Shown: positions 25,101 to 37,500 of the stretch, in pieces
Layout: the number at the start of each line of letters is the position of its first letter
How positions within the stretch are numbered: the first letter of the stretch is position 1
DNA from: Lingula anatina
Lineage: Eukaryota; Animalia; Brachiopoda
DNA length: 64,000 bases
Reading direction: 5' to 3'
Assembly (NCBI GenBank): GCA_051362555.1
Contig: CM120642.1
Location: forward strand, 1,426,001 to 1,490,000
Program-made: the position numbers and the translations under genes
Notes under the pieces: generated by a model
The model's input: the letters and a program-made list of their open reading frames with translations, nothing else
The model's database searches: none
Told to the model about the DNA's origin: nothing

Positions 25101-28100
25101 GGACCTATCTCTGCCAGTTTTGGAGATAAAAGAGAATCAAAATTTGCAAAGTTCAGTTCATGGTGAAAAGTAGGTCAAAGGTCAATTTTAAGGTCACATG
25201 TAGATTGCCAGTATATGACTTCCTATTCAAGTTCAATAGAGACTATGGACCTATCTCTGCCAGTTTTGGAGATAAAAGGGAAGCAAAATTTGCAAAGTTC
25301 AGTTCATGGTGAAAAGTAGGTCAAAGGTCAATTTTAAGGTCACATTTAGATTGCCAGTATATGTCTTCCTATTCAAGTTCAATAGAGACTATGGACCTAT
25401 CTCTGCCAGTTTTGGAGATAAAAGGGAAGCAAAATTTGCAAAGTTCAGTTCTTGGTGAAAAGAAGGTCAAAGGTTAATTTTAAGGTCACATGTAGATTGC
25501 CAGTATATGACTTCCTATTCAAGTTCAATAGAAACTATGGACCTATCTCTGCCAGTTTTGGAGATAAAAGGGAAGCAAAATTTGCAAAGTTCAGTTCATG
25601 GTGAAAAGTAGGTCAAAGGTCAATTTTAAGGTCACATGTAGATTGCCAGTATATGACTTTCTATTCAACTTCAATAGTAACTATGGACCTATCTCTGCCA
25701 GTTTTGGAGATAAAAGGGAAGCAAAATTTGCAAAGTTCAGTTCATGGTGAAAAGTAGGTCAAAGGTCAATTTTAAGGTCACATTTAGATTGCCAGCATTT
25801 GACTTCCTATTCAAGTTCAATAGAAACTATGGACCTATCTCTGCCAGTTTTGGAGATAAAAAGGAAGCAAAATTTGCAAAGTTCAGTTCATGGTGAAAAG
25901 TAGGTCAAAGGTCAATTTTAAGGTCACATTTAGATTGCCAGTATATGACTTCCTATTCAACTTCAATAGTAACTATGGACCTATCTCTGCCAGTTTTGGA
26001 GATATAAGGGACTAAATGTTATAATTTTGGAGTTATCATAATGTGCCATAAATTTCCTACAGAAAAAATTAATTAAAATAAAGAAAAGGTCATTTTGGTC
26101 AAAATTCTTGAAATGGGAGGTGCTCTGAAGTTCCAGATGTTCAAATTTGATGAAATAATGTCATTTTTGACCACAAGGTGTCTGCTTTGCCAAGCCTTAT
26201 GTTTTATTTTTCCGGAGTTCAAAATTTTTTATCCATTACCGTACTGCACATTTTGCTTTCACCACCAATATGTACTTTTTGATACAACGTAACTCGAAAA
26301 CCGTATGGAATACAAAAAAACGGAGACCACCTCCAGTGTTGGGCTTTACATGCTCTACAAAATGCAAAAAAGAATGGGTGTCTAGCATTAACGGTTCCCG
26401 AATTAGAGACAGTTTTCAGTTTCGATATCTTATGGCCGCTACTCCCGTGAAAATGCACCGATTGACCCCAAATTCACGGAGATGAAAGATGACCCGAAGG
26501 GTAACACTTTCCATTAATATTATTAGTTAAGTCTGTGTGGTGTCTGAATAAGACCGCAAATAATTTTTTTTTCAGCAAAAATTTTGTTTTTTTGAAAATT
26601 TTGGCCCGTTTGACCTTGAAATAAAGGTCAAAGGTCAAATCCAAGGGCATATTTGAAATCTACACATATGACTTTTGGAAAGCTGTCTGTAGAAATTTTT
26701 CCCATAATTCCTTCCGTAGGGGAGATAATTAGCATTTAATTTTGCCATTTTTGGACAAGGGTGCATTGCAATGAGTGCCACACCTAGACCCCAATACCGA
26801 CAAAGCCCAAATTTTACGTGGAACGAGTTGAGATTATAGGTGACCTAAATCCAAGAGATGGGTATGGAGGCCCTTACCGTCTAGGAGGAGAAGCGGTAAC
26901 GGTGACTTGGCGGCGGAGCCGCAGGAGCCGGCGGAGCCGCAGGAGCCGGCGGAACATACGGGTCGGGACTAAAACCATGTGTACCGCCAGCGCCTACGCT
27001 GGTGGTACAATAAACCATGAATTGCAGTCTGCTTCTCAAACAGCACAAAACATTTCATCAAGTTAAACTACTAAAATCATTATCTCTGGACCTTTGCTTG
27101 TGTTACACCTAAACCAATTTTCCACAAAAGAAAATCATCAAAAACATTTGAAATCCTTCAAACATTCTTCCTAATTGATATTAAGATTGACTTAAAAGTT
27201 AATTAATAAAACAGTAAGCCTATAATTATTTTCACAATTTCCAAGAGGCACTTACTGGAACCTACTTCTTTATGTATGTCAGCCTGACCCAGTTTTTGCA
27301 TGTTTAGACCTATCAGATACGGCTAGCAGCAGCAGCAGTTTCCCCACCCCTGATTCCCCGCCTGTCGCCCCCTTTAGCCGAGCTAATACATCGCCTCAGA
27401 TTAACGTTACACACATTGATGAGACTTTTAAGAGCAAGACGCATCACAGGCGACTCTCCTCTGGTGACAAAGCAAAATTGAAGCTGAACTTGGACTTCAA
27501 AAGGGAGCTCTCCACAATTGCTTCAAGAAAATCTTCAATAGGTGAGTGTGGATCTATGAGAAAATATTTTTTCTTTTCTTTATCTTTTTCATTTCAAAGG
27601 ACACAGCTGGCCTTAAGACAGTTAAATAACATCTTTGTCAAGCAATTGGCAAAGCAATATGAGCACATTCAGATTTGAAATAGATTTTGAACTTCTACAT
27701 TGTTTTTTACCCATTGTGAAAATAACATCAATTTGTCAGTTACTGTAATGGAGAAGTCTTGGCAATTGATTTTATTAACAGTGTACCATGTTGTATGTAA
27801 GGAAATATTATTGTATGTTGGTTTGAGATGGATTGCCCTGCATGCACTTGGCTTTTTGAAAGTGACAGTGCTTGAGGATGGAATTGAATTGGAATGTAAA
27901 TGTTTTGTTATGACATTATTTTCCACTTTATTCGTCATTTAGTATGTTTCCCAGGTTATTTAAGAAAAGATAGAATAGAATGTGCTCAGTTAAACACTTT
28001 CAGATACGTTCAAATAATTAGATCCATTCCACTTTTAAAGATAAATTCACTTTCAGAGACCCATGAATCACATTCTGCTCCTGTCCTAGGATGTTCACAA

Positions 28101-31100
28101 CTTATTCCAATAATTAAAAGTAAGAACGTATCATCCTGAACATGGAATGATTATGAAAACCCCATTGCACTGAAATGCACTATTTCCATTGTCTGTTTCA
28201 GCACTTATACTTTTAAAATTGTTTTAGATGTACAAAACATCCATATTTACCATCCATTGTGTTGTGCCGTAGATAGATTTCAGAATTTGTTGGGAGGTTC
28301 ACAGTATATTCCAACAAATAGGATTAAGATCACACACTTATCCCCGCAGATGTGATGCTTATAAAACATATATAGCACTGTAATGTACCTTCATGTTTTT
28401 TTTCAGCACTTTTACCTTAAGTAGTAGGTATTATACCAAACATCAACCTGTGTCAACCATCTTTGGTATCGTTCCCTGTTTACTACAAAGATATGATATT
28501 ATGAGGAGCTATTACAGTAGATTTTACAAATTGGTCATTGTGATGTATTTTATTCTTCTGTGTTGTATGAGTTCTTTGCAGCCACACCTTTTTATTTTCA
28601 TAAAGTGAGATTTTTATGACATGGGTATAGCCTGTTTTGAATTTAGCCTTAATTTTATCAATTAGATTTTAATCTATATATACATATCTGAGATTCCAAA
28701 ATTGTAAGTAATCATCATGTTCGGTGTTTACAGAGCACTCAGTATTTTGAATTATAGCATAACCTTTTATATATGCTCTATTTCTTCAATTATAGGTATT
28801 GTTTTAATTTTGAAACAACAGATAGATAACCACATAATAATAAGAAGGGATATAGTAAATCATCACCAGCCTGTCCAATAATTTTGATGGAAAATGATTC
28901 ATCTGCCATATTTCCTTCCAGCATCACCAACCTCCCCAACAGCCACGCCTCCCTTTGGGTCGCTGAGGTCATCAGGGGGTCATCCAGTGCAACGGTCTAT
29001 GTCTACATCAGGAAGACAGCCACCATCCACGTCAGGCACCCCAGTGATGTCACCGCGGCTGTTCAAGGCACAGTTCAGCAATGCCTCCAGACTCAGCAAG
29101 GCCTCCAGTACTGGGGGAAACACAGGGAAAGGACCAACCTGGGAAACACTGGTGCTGTACTCTGTGAACCTGTCTAACCTAGACCTACAGGTTAACATGG
29201 GGAATGTCATGGGAAATACTGTGTAAGTTAAAACATGGGAAATACTGTATTAGTTAAAACATGGGAAAAGTCCTAGAAGAAACTAAGAATAAATATCGGA
29301 ATGTCAGGGCATTAATGTAAGCAAAAATACATAACATTATGAGTAATACAAAGCCTCATAGATACTACACTAAGCTGATGAGCAAGAATCAAATTTAACT
29401 TGTAATTATCATGAAATGTTTTATATTTTCATTCTAGCTGGTCCACCAAAGAGATTGCCTCAACAGGCCGTTTCTCAATTGACAGCAGCGGGCAGAAGAA
29501 CATGAGAATCACTGCAGGGTTAGGGGGCTCCAAACTTGATGCCAAGGGTGGAATTGTGGGTGGTTGCATCGAACTAAGACAGATCGATGCTTTCTGTGAG
29601 TGTGTTTTTACGAAAAATGAAAAAGGCTAAATGTGATAACTAATGTATGGAAATTATTGTGAGAATTTACTTCACATATCATGTGTCACCACCGTCTTCT
29701 GTGTCTAATGAAGAAAAGAAAAACATCATTAGAATTTTACTATGCTTGCAAGTTGTTGATTCATCCTCCATTTTTGACCATCTTCTGAGAGAAAAAATCA
29801 GATGCCCACCAATGTAAACTTCAAATTTTTGACGGTCTTCTGGAAGACCCAAAAGACGGCTTCCATCCTCCTCTGAAATTAGCAGAACTGGTTCACTCAA
29901 AGTCTGTTTTATCCTACTACACTGTTTCAGTCCAAGTCAGCGAGGATGCTGGCAAGAACCCTGACCACTCGGCTGGCCTAAAGCTGTATGCCATGGAGGG
30001 ACGGCTGGACTACATGGGGTCCAGTATACTGATGACCAGGGTCAGTGAACTGTCCCTGAACTTAAAGGATGAGTGGACGGTGGATATGACCATGCCGTCT
30101 AGTACCAAGGAGACACCTATTGCCACAAAACGGTGTGTGAAAATGAGTTTTTTCTGTTGACATGTGAAGTTTTGATACTTCGTTGAAATACTTTCTAGTA
30201 TGTATGTTTTTTATGTCTTTGTTATCATTTTTCATGGCAGACTGTTGCATAAATCTTGTATTAATTCTTATGAATTTTATGATTCCTAGTAGCATCTTTT
30301 TTAAGATGCTTGTATGTTTGCTGGTGACATTGAATTCCTGTGACAACCCTTCTATGTATTCTGTTTAAGACCTTAAGGTTCACTACAAAGGATATACCTA
30401 TTGCCACAAAACAGTATGTAACCATGAGTACTCTTTATGTATTTTCCCCCTTTTCATCAAACGATATGATATTTTTGTTTCAATTCGATTAACTTTTCTT
30501 TTATATATTCTTTTGTTTTTATAATGATTTGCTCATTACCATATGATGTGTTTTATTTTCCAGCCCAGCCCTGATCTTCATCCATGGAGACCTGAACTGG
30601 GACATGTTCCACCTGATGTTATCCAAGTCCACCACACCAGATATCATCAAGATGGCCAGCAAGCTGGAGGAGTACTTCACGCAGCAGTATAACAGCAGTT
30701 TACGTGCCTTGTCTGGACTGGGGCCAATAGCTGCTGCCGTTACAAGACAGAAACGACGAAGACATTCACAAGATTGTAAGTAGCAGAAGGGCTTTTTAAT
30801 AATAACCATGCCTAGGGCCATCTTATCAGATGCCTAGTACAATTCTTTGATGGCAGCAAATATCCAGCTTATTGCTAATTTGAGTATTTTTAATTAATTT
30901 TTTTCTAGCCATGTCCATCACAGAACCAGAAGACGAGATCAAGCTGCACCGTAACTGGCAGAAAGTTTTAGAACGCGTCTCAGGCATCCAGCTCTCCATG
31001 TTGCCCTCCCCTCTCCCTGAACTGGGGACCATTGTGGGTGGTACCATTAATCTCCATGGCAACAACCTATCACTGGCCTGTTTCCATGGCATCAACTTTA

Positions 31101-34100
31101 GGTCCAAGTCCTGGGCGCTGTTTGTTCTGAATGAACCCACCATCTCATTTGCCACTGAGGCCCAACATATTTATAATGAAGATCAAGGTAAGGCTGCAGA
31201 CATTTCAGTCACAGTTCTAAATAAAAAGGGAAAATTATTGATGAGAAATGCTCATCTTGGATAATAATGTTTGTGTTATTCATATTTATGTATTCTGCCT
31301 TCCTCTTTGTCTCTCATTTTATTTTCTTATTGGTGTATTGTTTTGTTACACTATACATGTCTATATCAAAGCATGTTATTTAGGTTATATATATCATGAG
31401 GAATATTATAAACCCAGCCTGCCTGTAGTTTTCCTTCTCTTAATCTGTACTAAGCACACAGTGGCCAGGGTAGTAATTTTTTACTTTGAGCATTAAATGC
31501 ATGTTTATCTATATGTACTGGCTCTCTATGGTACAATCTTATAAATATTTAACACATGCCTCTAAAATAATGTGAATGCCTTAGGAATTTTTTCACAGGG
31601 AGACCTACATGTATGTTAAATTATTACATAGCATTTCCCTTCTATTCAAATGTTTTAGGTTAAAACCAATCTGCATTTATGATACGTGATTTATTAGTGA
31701 ATGAAAGAATAACATTCTGAAGTGTTCCAAAAAGAAACAGAATACAGATAACAGTTAATATATTGTTGCTTATAGATTAAAATTACACAAGTTACGGAAG
31801 GAAAAGACAATGAAATATGTGTTCATCTAAGTAAATAGTTAAAGAGGCTACTTCCCATTGATTATGTACACATTTTATTATTCCTGGATTATCTTTTTGG
31901 TCTTTCCAACATTATATATATGTAAAAGTGAGCCTTTCAAACCCACTTGTGTGTTTTTGTCTTCTTCATGCATCTATTTAACCTTTCTCTCACTGGGCGC
32001 AATAGCTTTGCTTTCACAGCAATTTCTACAAATACATTTACAACATACAATACACAGCAGTACTGTACACACAATAACAGTCAGAAGAAATAGAATGACA
32101 TCCACCAGGTAATACTGGTACCATGGCATGGCAGCTGACGGAGATCGCAAGTACGAGCCGCCATGTTTAAGGACATGTTCTATCCAGTGGGCTGCTTGCT
32201 GCTGTGCCGTCCATTGCTGGTCATGATAGATGACAGATAGTTTCTTAGCTGTGTCATAAAATGAGGAGTTATGAATCATTTTATTGATATTGTCCACAAG
32301 TGCCTCGGTGGAGAATTCTGTGATGTCCATTGTTAGTGACAGCCCCCTGTGTTGAAATTTGTTACTGTTGTAAACCTGGTCTGCAAAAAGTGGGAACCCC
32401 AGTACTGGAATCCCATGGTACAGTGCTTCAAATGTTCCTCCATTCCCACAGTGGCTTATGAACAGTTTTGTGTTGGGATGAGCCAGGAGATCATTCTGTG
32501 GCAGCCATAATGACAGCTTGATAGGCTCAGGAATACCTGATGGTTTGGGGCCGGTGAACCTCCATATAACTCCGTAGTCCAGTTGTTCAAAAGCAGCCAG
32601 GAATTTTGTGGTAATGTGCTCTGGAAAGTAGTTTGTCCAGGAACCAAAACTGACCACTATAACGCCATTTTTATGAGCATCCATGAACTTTTGTAGTTCA
32701 GGAGAGAGTGGTTTCCCAGGCTGGGTGTTCATTCCTCCTGCAAAGATCGTGTTGGGCATCGTTGGTTGAGGGTAATCTATGGCAGGGTGCTTCCCAGTGA
32801 CTATAAACAACTCTGAAGCAGATATCAGCTCTGGAAAAGTTTTCTTGGGCAGTCCTGGCAAATAATCTATGAACAAATTTTCAGGATACTCACCTGGCTT
32901 CAGTAGGACTGCAAATAGTTTGTACATCAAGAAGTTTCCCATCCTCTGTGAGAAAGTCATTTTATCAGTGTAAGCTCCGGTGTTAAATGGATGTGGAATG
33001 AAGGATGGAAGAAGGGAAATCCCTGACAGAGGATGTGGTATGAATGAAGAAGTGATATATGGAATGCTATGTTTGTATGGCAGTAAATATGAGGTGGGGA
33101 AGAAGCCAAAAGCGTTGTGCAGCACTGCCATGTCTATCCCCAGCTCCTTGATTCTGTTATTAAATACGTCATCTTTTAGCATATCTTCAGTGTACTCCGT
33201 AGTCATCAGTTTCTTGACCTTATTCCTAAAAGCTATTGCTTTAAATGGAAATATTCTTTCATAAGGATCGTCAAAAAAGGCCAGCAGTCCATTTCTCTGC
33301 TCCTCCTTATCCTCAAACAGCATGAAGTCGGCCGACCTTGTTTTGAAAGTTAACAGAGGAACATGTTCATTATTAGTCAGGGTGGTGGGGAGATACGGGA
33401 GGGCGTGTTCTCCCACAGCCAGATACCCCTGGTGCCCTCTATCCACCAGTCCCAGAATCAGTGTCTGGAGCTCTATCAGCTGCCCTTTCACTGGGAACAC
33501 TATGCCTAGAAATGTAGCACTTTCTGTATATTGGCACAAGTAGAAAGAAAATAGGAAGACTATCATCTGTCCACATGGCTCCATTTTAGGACTCCCTTGT
33601 CAAGGTGTGTTCAGACAGGCTGTGCTGCTATCGTTTTAGGTCTAATATGTATAAAAATTCAGATGGCCAAAATAGCTGTGTGATCTTGGATTTAAATATC
33701 TTGAACACATGTGAGATGTCCCACACCATCAGAAGACAGTTGTACAGGCTCAGTCCTCTGTTCCTGGGACATACTCATATCTGGCAGATTGATCTGTTGA
33801 CACATTCTGGGGTCAAAGGAAGTTCATTTTTAGAACTTGTCTGAGCACATTTAAGTACAGTACACTTTAGCCAACAGGTAATTTTTTTTATGGTTTGATG
33901 ATTTAAGTCATGCAACAAAATAGGACAACTTTGACTTCCCTTTATGTAGATGTGGCATGTGAAGAGTGAACCATTGCCTGAAGGAAAAATTCTTGGCTTT
34001 CAAATAAGTCATTCATCCTGGACACACTAAGTGACACACTTGTTGTATTTCATAAAGTGCCTGCAGCAGAATTTTTGTAAAAGAGCCATTGAAACATAAT

Positions 34101-34472
34101 TACTGTATGTAGAAAGAAACAAGTTTATTCAGGGATTCAAGGCCCCCGCCCCATATTACCCATACATGTGTTTTACAATAGCAGTATATTAGTACTGTTA
34201 GCCATGGTATGCCATATCAAAAAGAAATAAATAGATAAATGGAATAAATAAACATATAATAATAACAATAAATGAAATAAAATAATAATTAAATCACTTT
34301 TCTTACTGTGTATGTATCTTTCCATGATATGTATTTTTTTTAACAATAATATTAATTTCATTTACTTTAGTAATCTTCTTCTGTTCATTTTACCCATGTA
34401 AAGTCTACTGAACATTTTATATGGATTTTAGACTATAAATAAATATTATTATTATTATTAATTTATTATTAA

Positions 34473-34505
<33 letters not shown>

Positions 34506-37500
34506 ATCTTCACCCAGCGGCGACCCATGCTGTCCAGAACTTGTCCTTCAACCTAGGCCACAACGTGACTCAGCCTACCAACGTCAAGCACATGGCCACC
34601 ATCTGTAAGATCTCGCGGGGGTACCACATGCCCCCGCCCTTCACCAGTGTACAGGAGTGGTTCCACTATGCCTTCTCCTCTAATGAAGTCAGAGGTGAGT
34701 GGTATATACAAGTGATAGAGTCATTTTGGAGTATTGCTTTTTATGGTGTTCAGACCTTGTGAGACCTGAGATATGAATCAAATAGATGAATAAAGAAATG
34801 AATGAGTAAATAAATGAAAAATTGGATAAATGAAGAAAAAAATGAAAGGATTGAGTAAACAAACAAATGCTTTTATAAGGCACATTAACTTTTTCAGTCC
34901 TGAACACGTTTCCGCCAATGCACAGCGAGGAGGTGGCAGCAGAGAGAAAACTTGGCAGACAGAAGAGTATCACTTATAACCACGACACTGAGATCATCTT
35001 CGCTCTTCCCACTCTGCAGCTACACCTGAAGACTGAGCACCTGCAGGGGGAGAAACCCCCAGGGCCTGAGGGTAAGATTGGGAGAGAAACCCCTGGGTCT
35101 GTAGGGTAAGATAGGGGGATAAAATACCCCAGGGCTGGAGGGTAGGATGGGGGTGGGAGATATAAACAACTATGTAAAATAGTTTGTTATTAAGTCAGCC
35201 AAATGAATTTACATTGTTTCCTAAAAAGGGTTTTGCTACGAACTCTTAATATTTTTGATTCTATATATCTGAAAAAAAAAGTTGGCTTTTCTTAAAGGAC
35301 AATGTTCATGTAAAAATCCATTTCTCGAATTTTGAAGATACAGCACTCAATCTATACACTAGAGGTATGTTTTAATCGATCCCCGCCATTTAAAAATTAT
35401 AAAAACAATCTATTAGTAGAAAAAAAGCGTTTTAGTAAACCTCACCTCAATATGCAAAAATGAAGCAACAGATCTGGGTCACGTGGTACTGTGACGACAA
35501 TCACGATAAAGGTCTATGAGACTCAACTGAGCTGCAGGTGCATACAGACGGAGAAGTTAAGGAAAGTTGTGTTGAACGGAGTTGAGGAATTTTCGTTATG
35601 CCTCGGTGTGTTGCCGTGGGATTCACCAAAATTGCAGCTCTCGTTGACAATCTTCCGTGACTTACTTACTAACTTCGGTGACAATAGTTGCGATGCTCTA
35701 GATCATGGTCACCTCAGGTGGTTTAGATCATATCAAGAGCTGGTAGTCTTTCATATTAACTGTCATCAGTTGGCAAACTTACTGATTGCTGATGCATTTT
35801 AAATGCATTGTAGTTGACCAAAAGCTCGTTTACAACAAACCTGTTAATTATGCACCGCTGCAATTCCCAAGCCAGGTAATAACAGGTATGAAACTCGTCT
35901 TGGTGGGCTTTCATATTTTTCAATATATCTCATTTATTTCATGGGGTTATTTTATTGGTATTTGTAAATGACGTTAAATATCAATACTTAAACAATTAAG
36001 TTCAAACACGGTCGCGAACATTAATAAAAGAAATTGCTCTCAGGGTATCTTGAGGCTTCCGTGGAAGAAAACGTGTTGAGGAAAAACAGGAAAAAGAGCG
36101 TTATATTAAAGAAAAAATGGGAACTGCTATAATAAAATGGTTCGTTATCCTAATTCGTTTATGCTTTGAGGATTTGTTTCTGAAGATTATTTCATCTGAA
36201 ATATTAAATAATTTAAAAGATTGATTATTTTATAACTTAACGCAAATTCTGCGTCAGTACGCAATTTTTTTTTTTTTTTTTGCAAATTTGTAAGCTTATA
36301 ACAACGTGCTATAAAGATCTACTCAACAAAAAAATTTGCTTGGGTAAAATTGAGTACGGAATGAACTGGAGACACTTGGCTTGTCATTAAGTTTACACGA
36401 AAATATGTCAGGTAACTTTAAACTGTCTTTGAAAGAGTAAAGATTGAAAGATAATTTTAGACAAACTTTGACGGGGGAAATACCTACAAAGAGTAATGGG
36501 CTATTTCGCCAACATCTTGTTGAAAATTTTACACTGCAATTCTATCAAATAAGCTAAGGAACTAATTGCCAAATTAATACTCTCATCACATAACAGGGGG
36601 GTAACCAGACCTGCAAAAATTGTACGCACATATTTAAAAAGATTACAAGCACATACAGCAAAATGTAGACTTACGCAAAACATGAAGGACAGCGTAATCA
36701 CAGCAAATGTACCTCATATAGTAGCTTAATTTCCATTAATAATAAAATCATCATTTAAGTCAAAAATATTCTTGCGATTTAATAACTATTTTAATTTACC
36801 CAGAACGGTATATTTATTTTTAAAGGCGGTTAACTGAAATATAGTTTTATGATTTGTTTGTGAAAATTGCCCATGTCACCCTGTTAGTTTGGAGGTCTAA
36901 GCTGGATCAAGTCCGTGTTAAAATTCCTATGAAGTTGTGCAGGCAAAATTCTTCCTTTCTTTCTCTAGCTCCTCGATAAACCTGGTGTTCAGATTTTATC
37001 TAGTACCCCCAGGTCTACGGGAGCTGCGCTTTGTAACTAACGCACAGGTAGATTTTTACCTGAGATAACTGGAGTAAAGCTTAGATAGAGAGTGCGTTCG
37101 ATACAAGCAAGACAAATTGAATGCCATTTAACCCTCTAATTAAGAGGTAAAGGAAGTTCCAGGTAGATGGATGATTAAGATAGGACTTGTAAAGGTAACG
37201 GGCATTGTTTACCTCAGTTTAATAAAAGTATGCAAGACGGAGTGTCAGCGGTTTAATAAAATAAATTGAATTTCACAAATAACATGGACCTCATATGCAA
37301 TAATCAACATTTCCCTTAACTCATTCAAATGCAGTGTTTTATACAGCTTGGGATAACCATAATGAAATGCTTGTTAAAGAAATGACTAGACGGGAAATGG
37401 TTTTACACAGCTTCACGAGGATTTAGACCCCTCGGGTAAGAGATTTGAATGAGTATAAACTTTTATCAGAAGCCAGAGAAGTCATCTTACAGGTAGACAA

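Noticed and set aside
18911-27066. Repeated short ORFs (MVKSRSKVNF…, MVKILE…, MERVEIIG…)
   Set aside because: Translations of the HINE elements and their 146-bp arrays; no transposase or Rep/Hel motifs.
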